From contig CAVYLP010000006.1 of NCBI GenBank assembly GCA_963769425.1, positions 64,001-128,000 on the forward strand: DNA of 64,000 bases, read 5' to 3'. Made by a program: the position numbers and the translations under genes. This document shows positions 39,710-50,939 of this stretch, piece after piece (within the stretch, counting starts at the first letter, position 1; each line of letters starts with the position of its first letter). Origin of the DNA: Candidatus Bathyarchaeota archaeon (GTDB lineage: Archaea > Thermoproteota > Bathyarchaeia > TCS64). Under the pieces are notes generated by a model, which worked only from the letters and a program-made list of their open reading frames with translations, was not told the DNA's origin and searched no databases.

Positions 39710-39999
39710 GCAAATCACTAGCGATGATCGGGGATTAGACGCCTCCGCCGTTTTTATACCATTTCCCGGAAAACGGGCTAACGCGGGTCGTTGTGGTGGG
39801 TGGCGTCGTAGAAGTAGTCCATGTACGTGGCAGCAGCTCGTCTCGGGGCAGAGCCTGCTACAGACGTACTCGGGGTAGACTAGCGAGCTCCTCGTCGACC
39901 TCCTCGGCCTCGAACTCCCTGCCGCAGATCGCCTTGAGCCTCACCAAGGGTGATCAAAACTGGGAACGCTCGCCCCCTTTAAGGCGTTTCGACCGTGGC

Positions 40000-40992
40000 C
40001 TACTTTAGCTTCTCCCTCGGTATCTTGACGGCGAAGCGGCACTTCTCACCGCCGGCGAGGACGCTCTCCAGTACCTCGACCTCAAGCGGGACCCCGAGGA
40101 CGACCTCTAGGGGCAGCTTCTCGAAGCCAGCGCTGCAGTAGCAGAACGTGCCGAGGGGCCCCTCGGTGCCGTTGAGGATGGCCTCGCGTGCCAGCTGACA
40201 GTGGCAGGCGTAGTAGCGGCGCATCCTCGGGTCCTTCTCCTTGAGCCACTTATCGGGGGCGAAGGGTATCTTGCTCTTCAGCACCACATCCCCGTCGAGG
40301 ACGCCGTTCTGGATCGTCTGGTCACCTCCTCACGTACTCGACGACCTCCGGGGTGATCACCTGCTCGTACCAGAGCCTCCCCGACCTCATCGCCTCCTCG
40401 AGCTCCGCGACGAGGCGTCCGTGCTCCCCCGCGAGGAACTCCTCCATCGTCCCCGCCTCCTCGAATCGCTTCTTCATCTCCGAGAAGGCCTCGACGGGTA
40501 TCCTGTGGTGGTTGCCGGTCAGGACCTTCTTCACCTCCTCCGGCGAGAGGCGGGCGTTGAGCCTGTCCGAGCAGCTCCTTCGTGCAGGTTGGGTAGGCAC
40601 TCGGGTGGGGAGCCGAGCGGGCGGTTGCGTGAAGCCATCGAATACCTCACCGCGCTTCCCTCCCTCATCCAGCCGAGTCTCTCCCCGATGCTCGCGTAGA
40701 CGCCCCGACCACCGAGGATCGCGGCGAAGTAGGCGTAGAGGTCGTTCCTCTTAGTCAGCCAGAAGTAGCGGGCGAGGGCGAGCAGGCGGTCTTCCGTGTT
40801 CAACCCCGCCTCGATAAGCCCCGATACGTACCCCTTAATGTCCCCGAGGAAGGCCGACTCCAGGCCCTTCCCCTGCGAGCGGAGAACATCCTCGAACCCC
40901 CTGACGGCGACCACAGCGGCATCCACTGCATCCGCCTTCATCCCACGTCCCACGAGGTAGTCACGATACACTTTCTCCTCCAACACAAACAC
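40000..40992 (-). CDS. Cys-rich DUF6144/V4R-like protein (frameshifts)
   Basis: YACHC, FCYCSAG, VEVLESVLAGGEKCRF across three ORFs. Confidence 0.65.
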
Positions 40993-41164
40993 CCCTGATC
41001 AGGGAGACGGGGCATCGAACTGAAAAAATATCCGAGGAATCCGTAGCTATGAGGTCAACATTAGCAAATAGTGGAAAAAGGTGCGGAAAACGATTTCTAG
41101 TCCTACATTTTATACGCGTTGAGGTGGAGTGAGTGGTACTCCCAAGGACTGGGCGTGTTCTGGA

Positions 41165-43245
41165 ATGCAAGGCAAGGAAGGAGTGACGATCAGGAGGAAC
41201 GTGTGCCAGGTCTGCTACTGTGACTGCGGCATGCTCACCTACATGAGGGGAGGGAAGGTCATCAAGGTCGAGGGGGACCCTGAGAACCCCCACAACAGGG
41301 GCGCCCTCTGTGCACAGGGTCGATCCGCACGGCAGATGCTCTACAACCCCGACCGCCTAAAGTACCCGCTAAAGAGGGTGGGCGAGAGAGGGGAGCGGAG
41401 AGTGGGAGCGCATCACCTGGGACGAGGCCCTCGACACAATCGCTGAGAAGACTCCTCGAAGTCAAGAAGAAGTATGGCCCCGAGGCACTCGCCTTCGTCA
41501 AGGGGCCGACGAGGCCAGATGATCGAGCAGGTCTTCCAGCGCTTCTGCTACGCCTATGGGACACCCAACTATTCGGGGAACTGGAGCTACTGCGTCGGCC
41601 CAAAGATGATAGGATACACCTACACATACGGAAAGACACCGCAGGGCTCACCCTATATGCCTTGGAGCGACTTCAGGAACTCAAAGTACATAATGCTCTT
41701 CGGCACAAACCCCGCGCTGAGCTTCATCCATCGCTACCCCCGTATCATGTCGGATATCCTCGACGCGAAGGAGGCAGGGGCCAAAGCTCGTTGTTGTCGA
41801 CCCACGCTTCACGGAGACCGCTTCGAAGGCGGACATCTACCTCCCCATCAAGCCGGGGACGGACGCGGCGCTCCTCCTCGCTATGATTCGGACCATCATC
41901 AGCTGAGGGGCTGCACGACACTGAGTTCGTCGAGAAGTACACCATCGGCTTCGAGAGACTGATGGAGCACGTTCAGAAGTACACGCCCGAGTACGCGGAG
42001 GAGATCACGGGTATCCCCGCTGAGCAAATAGTTGAGGTCGCGAGGCAGTTCGCGGCGGCGAAGCCCGCGTGCCTCGACAGGCGCGAGGGGGTACTCCACC
42101 ACACGAACTCGACCCACACACTACGCGCCATGGCGATTCTCCTCGCCATCACGGGGAACGTCGACAAACCGGGTGCCCTCCTCTTCAACCCCGGCGTCAA
42201 GCTGGGGAACATTACGCGGAAGGAGAGACTCAAGTCGAAGCCCATCTGGGCTGAGAGGTTCCCTCTCGTCGAGGACGCCACCGCCATCTTCGCCGAGGCC
42301 ATACTCACGGGGAAGCCCCACCCCATCAGGGCGATGATGTGCACAATAGCCAACCCCATACAGGAGTACCCTAACACGACGAAGGTCAGGGAGGCGCTCG
42401 GTAAGCTCGACTTACTCGTCGTCGACGACCTCTTCATGACGGAGACGGCGAAGATCGCGGACATAGTACTCCCCGCCTCCACATTCTTCGAGAAGACGGA
42501 GCTCTGCAAGACGCAGAACCTCGCCCTCACAAAGTACTTCCAGGTAAGCCACAAGGTGATGGAGCCGCTCTACGAGAGCCTCCCCGACTGGAAGTACATC
42601 TGCCTCCTCGCCAAGAGGATGGGACTCGAGGGCTTCGACTACGCCGACGAGGAGGAGATCATAGACGAGATCATAAAGCCCCTCGACGTGAGGGTGGCTG
42701 ACCTCGGCGAATCCGGCGTTTACTCGGTGCCATTCGAGGTCGGGCTGCTGCGCAAGAACGGCTTCTGCACGCCATCGGGGAAGATAGAGCTCTACTCCGA
42801 GCAGATGAAGCAACTCGGATACGACCCCCTGCCGAGCTACGTCGAGCCGCCCGAGACGGGAAGGAGCAGGCCTGATGCCGCGAAGAGGTACCCGTTCACC
42901 CTCATTACCGGCTCGAAGACCGCCGTCTACCACCACTCCCAGCAGCGCAACTACTCGTGGCTGAGGGAGTACGTGCCCGAGGCCGTCGCCGAGTTGAACG
43001 AGAAGACCGCCGCACGCCTAGGCATCGAGGAGGGGGACACGGTCGTCGTCGAGGGCCTCAGGGGGGAGGCGACCATGAAGGCCAGGCTCACTGGCGGGAT
43101 ACTCGAGGACGTCGTCAGCGTCACCCACGGCTGGGAGGGGAAAGCGAACATCAACTACCTCACCGACGACACGCAGCTCGACCCCGTCGCCGCGATGCCC
43201 GCATTCAGGACCATCCTATGCAACGTCAGGAGGGCCAACCCATGA
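41165..43245 (+). CDS. Cytoplasmic Mo/W-bisPGD oxidoreductase, catalytic subunit (DMSO reductase superfamily; frameshifts)
   Basis: CQVCYCDC..LC Fe-S motif, RLKYPLKR, GTPNY..SYC, DLFMTETA..ADIVLPA, TPSGKIE, molydop-binding C-terminus; no Tat signal. Confidence 0.88.
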
Positions 43246-43634
43246 CAAAGGCTTTCCTAGTCGACCTCGACAGGTGCATAGGTTGCTACGCCTGCGAGAT
43301 TGCGTGCAAGGACGAGAACGACCTCGCTCCCGGCGTCAGGCGTGTCAGGCTCAACCCCGTTGATGTGGGCGAGTTCAACAGGTTCTACGTCCCCGTCTTC
43401 GAGATGGAGAAGCGCGGCGTAGGCGCCTGCACGCTCTGCCCGCAGCTTCAGGCCGAGGGCAGGAGGCCGGCGTGCGTCCACAACTGCCTGACGAACGCGC
43501 TCCACTTCGGCGACTCAACCGAGATCGAGGCAAAAGCGAAGGGCATGGCGGGAGAGAAGCTCGCAGCCCCACACAAAAGGGCAAATGTCGTCTACGTGTC
43601 CCGGAAACCTATCGGCGACCCAGTCAAAAAAATA
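43242..43634 (+). CDS. 4Fe-4S small subunit (DmsB/NrfC-like, shortened)
   Basis: CIGCYACEIAC and CTLC..PAC..CLTNAL; ATGA overlap with the large subunit; stop inferred from an indel in the A7 run. Confidence 0.78.
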
Positions 43635-43646
43635 GTCTCAGGGCGT

Positions 43647-44069
43647 CTAGGCTCTCTCGATCCTTATCTTCTGGGCGCCCTCCCAGAGGACCTTCCTCCC
43701 CATCTCCGGCAGCTTCTCCAGCCCCTCCGTCACCACGGCGAAGTGGTTCCCCTGAAGCAGCCCAACCTTGCTCGAGAAGATCGCCGAGCCGTAGGGTATG
43801 AGAAGCTCCTTCTCGCTGATGCCACCGGGGTAGTAGAGGAGGTCGCCGCGGCTCGGGTAGCAAGTCTGGTTCTCAGCCGGCACCTCGATACCCACAGGAT
43901 CCATGGGGAACCAGACAGACTCCCCGCTCCAGCGCGCGTGGATCACCTTCCCCTCGATGGGCAGACGCGCGAGAAACGCCGCGCAGGTCTTCGGCGACTC
44001 CGCCTCGAGCAGCCTCGCCACGAAACGTTGGCCACCAATCCTCAGGACTATGTTCGTCATATGGATCAA
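43647..44069 (-). CDS. DUF3830 cyclophilin-like protein
   Basis: PKTCAAF, HARWSGE, ENQT.YP. Confidence 0.85.
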   Translation of the reverse strand: MIHMTNIVLRIGGQRFVARLLEAESPKTCAAFLARLPIEGKVIHARWSGESVWFPMDPVGIEVPAENQTCYPSRGDLLYYPGGISEKELLIPYGSAIFSSKVGLLQGNHFAVVTEGLEKLPEMGRKVLWEGAQKIRIERA

Positions 44070-44155
44070 TCACGATAGACGGGGAGATAAAACTGGTCCA
44101 CCCCCCAGCCAACCTTTATCAACCGAGGAGCGCTGAGGAAACATGAGGTTCTTGG

Positions 44156-44659
44156 ATGTCAGAATCGATAGAGAAGCTCATGGCCGCGTTCGCGGGTGAG
44201 TCACAGGCGAACCGAAGGTACTTGGCCTTCGCGAAGAAGGCGGAGGAGGAGGGCCTCCCACAGGTCGCGAAGCTGTTCCGCGCCGCAGCGGAGGCGGAGA
44301 CGGTCCACGCAATGAACCACCTAAGGATAGCGGGGAAAGTCGGCATGACCGTCAGCAACCTAGACGAGGCCATTAACGGTGAGACCTTCGAGTACCGCCA
44401 AATGTACCCCGAGTTCCTCGCCATCGCCCAGAAGGAGAAGAACAAGCAGGCCGAGTGGAGCTTCAACGTCGCGAACCAGGTGGAGGAGGTCCACGCGGGG
44501 CTCTACAAGAAGGCGCTGGAGACGCTGAAGACGAAGAAGCCACTCCCCAACAGGGACTACTACGTTTGCAAGGTATGCGGAAACACGATCGAGGGCACGG
44601 CTCCCGAGAAGTGCATCGTCTGCGGGGCGCCGCAAGCCCAGTTCCTCAGAGTCACTTAG
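44156..44659 (+). CDS. rbr: Rubrerythrin
   Basis: AFAGESQA, AETVHA, EEVH, C-terminal CKVCG..CIVCG. Confidence 0.95.
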   Translation: MSESIEKLMAAFAGESQANRRYLAFAKKAEEEGLPQVAKLFRAAAEAETVHAMNHLRIAGKVGMTVSNLDEAINGETFEYRQMYPEFLAIAQKEKNKQAEWSFNVANQVEEVHAGLYKKALETLKTKKPLPNRDYYVCKVCGNTIEGTAPEKCIVCGAPQAQFLRVT

Positions 44660-44672
44660 CCCATATTTCGAG

Positions 44673-45930
44673 CTACTTGATCAAAGTACCGAGGACGTCG
44701 AATTGGACCTCGCGGGGGTCACCGAGGAGCTCAACCCTTTTCGCGAGTTTCTTGTCCTTCTTTACTTGTTCGGCAAGGCTCTCGCTTATCCAGAGATGCT
44801 CTAGCTCCTGTGTGTTCTTTATCACCATCATCTTAACCTTCGCCCGGTCTACGGGTCCGATGACGCGGAGGGCGGTGTCGATAGCGTCCCTGTCGTTGGG
44901 GAGCCAGATAGGCACCTTCCCCGTTGCGCACGTGCCCTGTGTGAGGCAGTTGACGTAGGTGGAAGGGTAGTCGATCTTGTCGAAGACACGCCGCGTGGTC
45001 AGGTCGGCGAGGCCAATACCAATGGCGTTGCCGTGCGTCTCCTCCGAGAGGTCGAGGACAACGATCTTATCGATCTTCGCCGCGTCAGGGTCCGACTCAC
45101 CGGGCATCCAGAAGCGACCCGTCACATTCGTGTCCATGCCGACTCCGCTGATGTTCTTCCCGATCTCCTCCACAACGAGGAGGTCTAACTCCTGGAAGGG
45201 AAGTCGGGCGAGTAAGCCTTTAGCCTCCTGTAGGAGTTTGAGCTCCGCGGCCTCGAACTCCTCGGGCTCCAAAGCGACGACCTTCGCGGTCTCGTGGCGG
45301 GCGTTCTCAAGGAGTGCGAGGCCCAATGAGTATGGGGGCCTTCTCCATGATGAGGCGCGCCGCGGCGGGGAGGAGGGTGTGATACCCCTCGTAGAGGTTG
45401 TGGTGGATCATCTCCGCCCCCTTCTGCTTACCTAGGCCAATTGCCATCATCTTCATGAGGCCACTCTCGATCTCCCCCTTGAAGTCGGTGTGGGGTTTGA
45501 CGCGGCCAACGACGATGATTCCATCGGCTCTGAGGGCGTTTCTGTCTACGTAGACGGGGGTCCCCTTGATCTCGCCGATCTTGTCTACCTCCATGCTGCT
45601 GACTATTGGGGCGCAGACGCTATCCTCGGTTATTCCGAGGCTGCGGAGGGTCTCCACCTGCCCGTGGGGAGTCGCGCCGCCGTGGCTACCCATCGCAGGT
45701 ATGAGGAACGGTTCGCCACCCGCGGCTTTCACCTCCTCAACGACTGTTCTGAGAATCTCGGGGATGTTCGCGATACCGCGGCTCCCCGCAGTGATCGCTA
45801 TCCTCTGCCCCTTCCTGACCTTCTTCGCCAGCCCCTTCGAGTTGAGCTGTCGCCTGATCTCTGTAACGTAGTCGTCAAGGCGTGGCTGATCGATAACCTG
45901 CCTGGCCTCGACCATCTTGGGGAAGCTCAT
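44673..45930 (-). CDS. LarA-like (DUF2088/DUF362-related) putative nickel-pincer racemase/epimerase, frameshift near 45318
   Basis: IAITAGSRGI, PAMGSHGG, RVKPHTDF, GLGKQKGA, GKNISG.GMDTNV. Confidence 0.75.
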
Positions 45931-45955
45931 CGACGATCCGTAGGCGGCGCTTGGA

Positions 45956-47002
45956 TTAAGCAGTTTTCTTCCTGAGGCGTACCTCAGCCATCTGGGCTGC
46001 AGTCTTTATTGCGTCGATAAGGCTCTGTGGGTTCGCGGTGCCCTCGCGGCGACCAGCCTTACCGTAGGCTGTTCCGTGGTCGACGCTAGTCCTCACGAAG
46101 GGGAGACCGATGGTGGTGTTTACACCGCTTACATCCTCCCATTTCCCTGTTACTTCGTCGAACCTGAAGCCCTGTAGTTTAACGGGGATATGCCCCTGAT
46201 CATGGTACATGGCGACGACGACGTCGTAGATACCGCCAACGGCTTTCGAGAACACGGTGTCCGGAGGCACTGGGCCCTCCACAATCATCCCCGCCTTCCT
46301 AGCTTCGTCGATTGCGGGCGCAATCACCTCGATCTCCTCCCTACCGAAGAGTCCACCTTCACCCGAGTGGGGGTTTAGCCCGGAGACACCTATGTGTGGC
46401 ATATCTACTCCCAGGCTCCTCGCCGCCTGATGTGCGGCCCTAATCTTTTTGAAAACCCTATCCTTGGTGATGAGGTCGGGTACCTCTCTGAGGCTGACGT
46501 GGGTGGTGACGTGGACGACCCTGAGGTTGCCGGCTATGAGCATCATGGCGTAGTCTTGTGTGTGGGCGAGTTCGGCTAGTAACTCCGTGTGGCCGGGGTA
46601 CTTGAAGCCCGCCATATGCATCGCCTCCTTGTTCAGTGGGGCGGTGACCATCCCGTCGACCTCGTCCCTCATCGCCATCTCCGCCGCCTTGAAGACAAAC
46701 TCTACTGACGCTTTCCCTGCCATTGATTGCGGTCTCCCCATGATGAGGCTGGAGGTGTCGACGTTGTCGAGGCTGATTATGTCGATAGTGCCGCGTTTGT
46801 ATATCCCGTCGGTGGGGGTGTCGACCCTCTTCATGGCGAGGTTGAGTCCGGCGACCTCCATCCCCATTTTCATTGCGTTAGCGTCCCCGATGACGAGTGG
46901 TCTGCAGACACGGTAGACCTCCTCAGTTTCGAGTGACTTTGCTATTATCTCGGGCCCTATCCCTGCCACATCGCCCATCGTAATTGCGAGTAGTGGTCTC
47001 AT
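45956..47002 (-). CDS. pdxA: PdxA-family dehydrogenase (PdxA2, threonate/erythronate-4-phosphate type by context)
   Basis: ITMGD.AGIGPE, TAPLNK, GHTE, LNPHSGE, MYHDQG, RTSVDHGTA. Confidence 0.92.
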   Translation of the reverse strand: MRPLLAITMGDVAGIGPEIIAKSLETEEVYRVCRPLVIGDANAMKMGMEVAGLNLAMKRVDTPTDGIYKRGTIDIISLDNVDTSSLIMGRPQSMAGKASVEFVFKAAEMAMRDEVDGMVTAPLNKEAMHMAGFKYPGHTELLAELAHTQDYAMMLIAGNLRVVHVTTHVSLREVPDLITKDRVFKKIRAAHQAARSLGVDMPHIGVSGLNPHSGEGGLFGREEIEVIAPAIDEARKAGMIVEGPVPPDTVFSKAVGGIYDVVVAMYHDQGHIPVKLQGFRFDEVTGKWEDVSGVNTTIGLPFVRTSVDHGTAYGKAGRREGTANPQSLIDAIKTAAQMAEVRLRKKTA

Positions 47003-48276
47003 TTAGACATCAATCTCCTCAATTTCTGAGTTACTTGCACTAGGCTGTCCTCAACACCGAATCCACCAGCTTTCGTAACTGCGAACATTCCGTTGCTAAG
47101 CCTAGTGAGTGGTATACCCGGCTCGATCTCCTCGACTATCGAGACCCTGCCCACTTTAAGCTTCTGGCATACCATTAGGCTAGTAGCGCCTCCGATGAGG
47201 ATGAGGCCGAGGACCTCAGCCTCGTTGAGTATAGTGGAAGCTATCTCGCCTAAAGCCTCCTCTATTAGGAGCTTCGCATCGGTTTCCTTGATGCCGCGCA
47301 TAAGGGCGTGTGAGATAAATTCGTCGACAGAGATTTCCTTGGGCGCAGATGTGATCGAGACGTCCACCCCTGCCTCGAGGGCCGCAAAGGCTTCCCCGGC
47401 ACATCTCTCCACTTCCCCTCTCATAGCTGGCTCACCATCAATCAGTTTCAGTATCCCGACATCTATCTCTCTGAAGCCGAGCCTTTTGTGGAGGTTGTGT
47501 GTCTGAATCCTGCTTACTTGCCTCGTGCTTCCGCAGATGGACAGGATTGGCTTCGGCGTCCTCAGACCGAGACCGATGGGTAACTCACTCGCGAACCCAG
47601 CGGAGCCAATGAAGACCGTTGTGTTCGTAGCAGCTTGTGATATGTCTATGAGATGCTTCTCCGTGAGGACGTCGAAGACGATAACCTCGACTCCACCCCT
47701 CTTCAACTCCTCGACCGCTGATCTAATCGAGTCGATGCCCTTATCGACCTTCTCGAAGTCGACGACTCCGATTTTTCGCTTGCTCTGCACACCGATGATG
47801 GCAGAAATCTCAGAGGTCTTCGCCTCAAGCTCGTTGACGTACTCAGTCTTGTCTATGGGTGTATTATTGACAAGTAGTCTCCCCGCGAATGTTGTTCGCC
47901 CGTATGTTGGGTAGGCGGGTGCGAAGAACGCCAACTTGGCCTTGGACGCATCCATGGCGGCGTCGAGCTCCGAGCCGATGTTGCCCCGAAGGGTCGAGTC
48001 GACCTTCTTGTATATCTTCTCCGCGCCGAAGCTGATCAGTTTCTCCGTGGCACTGTAGACGCGCCCGAAGGCGTCCTCGGGCTTCAACCCACGGCTCTCG
48101 GTGTCAACAACTACCACATCTACGTTGCCCAGCTTCGAAGAGTCATCGATGTCCCCGATGAGGACCTCCACGGACAGCCCCCAGTTCCTGAACTGGACGC
48201 CAGTGTCGAATGCGCCCGTCAGATCATCGGCGAGGACACCGACCTTCAAAACCGTCCCCGGATTGATCAAGCGCAA
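46999..48276 (-). CDS. Four-carbon acid sugar kinase (DUF1537; DtnK/DenK/OtnK family)
   Basis: ADDLTGAFDTG, YKKVDSTLRGN, PAYP..GR, TKAGGFG. Confidence 0.92.
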   Translation of the reverse strand: MRLINPGTVLKVGVLADDLTGAFDTGVQFRNWGLSVEVLIGDIDDSSKLGNVDVVVVDTESRGLKPEDAFGRVYSATEKLISFGAEKIYKKVDSTLRGNIGSELDAAMDASKAKLAFFAPAYPTYGRTTFAGRLLVNNTPIDKTEYVNELEAKTSEISAIIGVQSKRKIGVVDFEKVDKGIDSIRSAVEELKRGGVEVIVFDVLTEKHLIDISQAATNTTVFIGSAGFASELPIGLGLRTPKPILSICGSTRQVSRIQTHNLHKRLGFREIDVGILKLIDGEPAMRGEVERCAGEAFAALEAGVDVSITSAPKEISVDEFISHALMRGIKETDAKLLIEEALGEIASTILNEAEVLGLILIGGATSLMVCQKLKVGRVSIVEEIEPGIPLTRLSNGMFAVTKAGGFGVEDSLVQVTQKLRRLMSK

Positions 48277-48351
48277 CAGCTAGAAAATACCTTCCATAGT
48301 CGGAAAGTCGTCACCACAAACGCCTTTAGCCCGATGCGAGCGTGAAGAAAC

Positions 48352-48741
48352 ATGGTTCAGGGATTCAACGCTAAGATAGTCGACGACTGGGTGAAGTTTT
48401 GGAACACATATGACCTCAACCAGGTGGAGAAGCTCTTCTTGAAGGATGGCAGGGTCACATACTTCTCCTCGGAGAAGCAGGGCGTCATCAAGGGCTTCGA
48501 GGCACTCGTCAAGCACCACGAGGGCTTCGGCTTCGTGAAGGGCGGGAAGACTCAGCCCAACAAGCTGTGGCTCGAGGGAATGGATGTCGAGGACTTCGGG
48601 GACTCGGCCATAGTCTGCGCGGTCTGGTTCTTTAAGCGCCCAAACGCCGAGACGCCGCAGAAGGGCCCCGTGACCATCGTCTACGAGAGGACGCCTGAGG
48701 GGTGGCGGATAGCCCACGCTAACTTCGGTAACTACAAGTGA
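48352..48741 (+). CDS. NTF2/SnoaL-like protein
   Basis: TIVYERTPEGWRIAHAN C-terminal motif. Confidence 0.75.
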   Translation: MVQGFNAKIVDDWVKFWNTYDLNQVEKLFLKDGRVTYFSSEKQGVIKGFEALVKHHEGFGFVKGGKTQPNKLWLEGMDVEDFGDSAIVCAVWFFKRPNAETPQKGPVTIVYERTPEGWRIAHANFGNYK

Positions 48742-48809
48742 TCATTTTATCATATTTTTAGGGATAAATTTTTCAATCGGCTGAACGGCTCACTTTGAGG
48801 ATTGCCAGC

Positions 48810-50360
48810 ATGGGTTCTGACACCGGCTCCAAAAACGGATCACGCTGGTCCATGAAGAGGATCAGCCTCTACCTTGGTCCGCTCCTGTTCATCGCGTGTC
48901 TTCTGATACCGAATGACCCGAACATGATCGAGGCCGCGAAGGCGGCGGGGATAACGCTCGCTGATGGGCCCAAGTATGGGCTCGGGGTCCTGCTCTGGAC
49001 CGCGACGTGGTGGGTCTTCGAGACGACGAGCCTCGGCCTCGCCGCGCTCGTCCCGCCGATACTCTTCAGCCTCGTCGGGCTGCTCATCTGGAAGGACGCC
49101 CTCGCCCCCTTCATGGACCCCCTCATCTGGGTCATCATCGTCGGCTTCATCTTCGCGAAGTCCTTCCAGGTCTGGGGCCTCGACAAGAGGGTGGCGCTCA
49201 CACTCGCGAGCGTGAGCAAGACGAGGAACCCGGCGCTCGCCGCCTTCTTCGTCGCGTGTCTCCCCGTCTTCCTCCTAACCGTTACGGGTTCGATGACCGC
49301 AGCCACGAGCATCGTCTACGGGTTCGTCATCGCCTTCCTGCTCAGGCAGGGGTTCAAGCAGGGGAGCAGGTACGGCTCCGCGACGATGCTCGCCCTCGGG
49401 CAAGCCGCAACTGCTGGCAGTCTACTCTTCCTTACGAGTACGACGACCAACCTCATCGGGAAGAACACCGTGCTCACCGCGACGGGGGGAGCGGTAAACA
49501 TCACGTTCGTCGACTGGTTCTTCATCGGGACCGTGCACGCCTTCATCGGCCTCTTCCTAACGTGGTTCGTGGTCTACAAGGTCATCAAACCGGAGGTGAA
49601 GACGCTGCCGTTCGAGCCCGCGGCCCTCAAGAAGGAGCTGCAGGATCTCGGCCCCATCACGAGGGGAGAGAAGATGACGATAGGCATCCTCGTTTTCACG
49701 CTCCTCCTCTGGCTAATCCCGGGGATGGTGGCGAACTTCGCCGTCGACAACAAGGGGCTTCAGCCCTTGAGCGCGCTGCTGGCGAAGGTTCTCCCCGAAG
49801 CGGCGCCAGCGGCTATCGCCCTGCTCCTCTTCCCGCTCCTCAAGGCAGGCGACAGGCCCCTCCTCAAGTGGGACGAGATGCTCGGCGAGTCCATCAACTG
49901 GGACATAGTCTTCTTAGTCGGCGGCGGAATCACCCTCGGTCTGGGCCTGATGAAGAGCGGTTTCAGCAACTGGATCGGTATAATCTTCAAGGGCTTCATG
50001 GGTCCCGCGCCGAACGAGTTCGTAATCTTCGGGGCGTGCTGCCTCATCGGGTTCCTCCTGAGCTACCCAGCCTCGAACACGGGCGCGGCCTCCGTCGCCT
50101 GTCCGCTCGCCGTCAGCCTCTCAGCGGCGGCGGGGATTAACCCCATCGCCCCGGTGCTAGGGGCAGCTATCGCGACCACTATTCCGAGCACCTTACCTAG
50201 CACTACCCCAGCAATGGCGATCGCCTACAGTTCAGGCTACGTCAGGATGAAGGATATGATCAAGGTAGGGTTGATAGCCGACGTGATCCGCTTCGCCCTG
50301 CTCGTCGCCATCGGGCTGCCACTCATAAAGTGGTTCCTGGCGATGAGAGGCTTCGCCTAG
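48810..50360 (+). CDS. DASS/SLC13 family di-/tricarboxylate or anion transporter
   Basis: Many TM helices; WWVFE, LDKRVAL, INWDIVFLVGGG, SNT motif, STTPAMAIAY. Confidence 0.85.
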   Translation: MGSDTGSKNGSRWSMKRISLYLGPLLFIACLLIPNDPNMIEAAKAAGITLADGPKYGLGVLLWTATWWVFETTSLGLAALVPPILFSLVGLLIWKDALAPFMDPLIWVIIVGFIFAKSFQVWGLDKRVALTLASVSKTRNPALAAFFVACLPVFLLTVTGSMTAATSIVYGFVIAFLLRQGFKQGSRYGSATMLALGQAATAGSLLFLTSTTTNLIGKNTVLTATGGAVNITFVDWFFIGTVHAFIGLFLTWFVVYKVIKPEVKTLPFEPAALKKELQDLGPITRGEKMTIGILVFTLLLWLIPGMVANFAVDNKGLQPLSALLAKVLPEAAPAAIALLLFPLLKAGDRPLLKWDEMLGESINWDIVFLVGGGITLGLGLMKSGFSNWIGIIFKGFMGPAPNEFVIFGACCLIGFLLSYPASNTGAASVACPLAVSLSAAAGINPIAPVLGAAIATTIPSTLPSTTPAMAIAYSSGYVRMKDMIKVGLIADVIRFALLVAIGLPLIKWFLAMRGFA

Positions 50361-50424
50361 TTCATTACCCAACAAGTTTAATTCCCCAGACGTTTCGGTT
50401 TAGAGAGTTCCAGAGGACCTTGTG

Positions 50425-50901
50425 ATGTCGGAACAACGGCTCAAGACGGTAACCGTTGCGGGCACATTCGACTCTATGCACAAGGGCCACTGGCTGCTTC
50501 TCGACGAGGCATTCAACGTCGCCGACAGTGTAATAATCGGGATAACGACGGACCGCTTCGCCGTCGCGATGAAGAAGCCTCACGATATAGACCCATACGA
50601 CGTACGCCTCGCGGAGGTCAAGAAGTACCTCCAGAAGAAGGGGCTCTTCAGGAGGGCCACAATCTTCCCACTGGACGACCCTTACGGGCCCTCCACCGAC
50701 GACGGTGGAATCGAGGGGATACTCGTCAGCGAGGAGACTGAGGCGAGGGCGGAGGAGATCAACCAGATCAGAGTCAAGAAGGGGGAGAAGCCGCTCCTCA
50801 TCTTCGTCATGAAGATGGTGCTCGCGGATGACGGTAAGCCCATAAGCAGCACCCGTGTGCGGCGCCAGGAAGTTGACAGGTACGGTCGCCTCATCGGCTA
50901 A
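50425..50901 (+). CDS. coaD: Archaeal phosphopantetheine adenylyltransferase
   Basis: AGTFD.MHKGH, DPYGP, VSEET, ISSTRVR. Confidence 0.92.
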   Translation: MSEQRLKTVTVAGTFDSMHKGHWLLLDEAFNVADSVIIGITTDRFAVAMKKPHDIDPYDVRLAEVKKYLQKKGLFRRATIFPLDDPYGPSTDDGGIEGILVSEETEARAEEINQIRVKKGEKPLLIFVMKMVLADDGKPISSTRVRRQEVDRYGRLIG

Positions 50902-50939
50902 GCCCAAATAGTCAACGCGCCAGATTCTAGGGATACGCG

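Noticed and set aside
38535-39713. 392-aa ORF as one gene
   Set aside because: Its first ~100 codons are an alternative frame of the TSCPD gene; the real start is probably 39410
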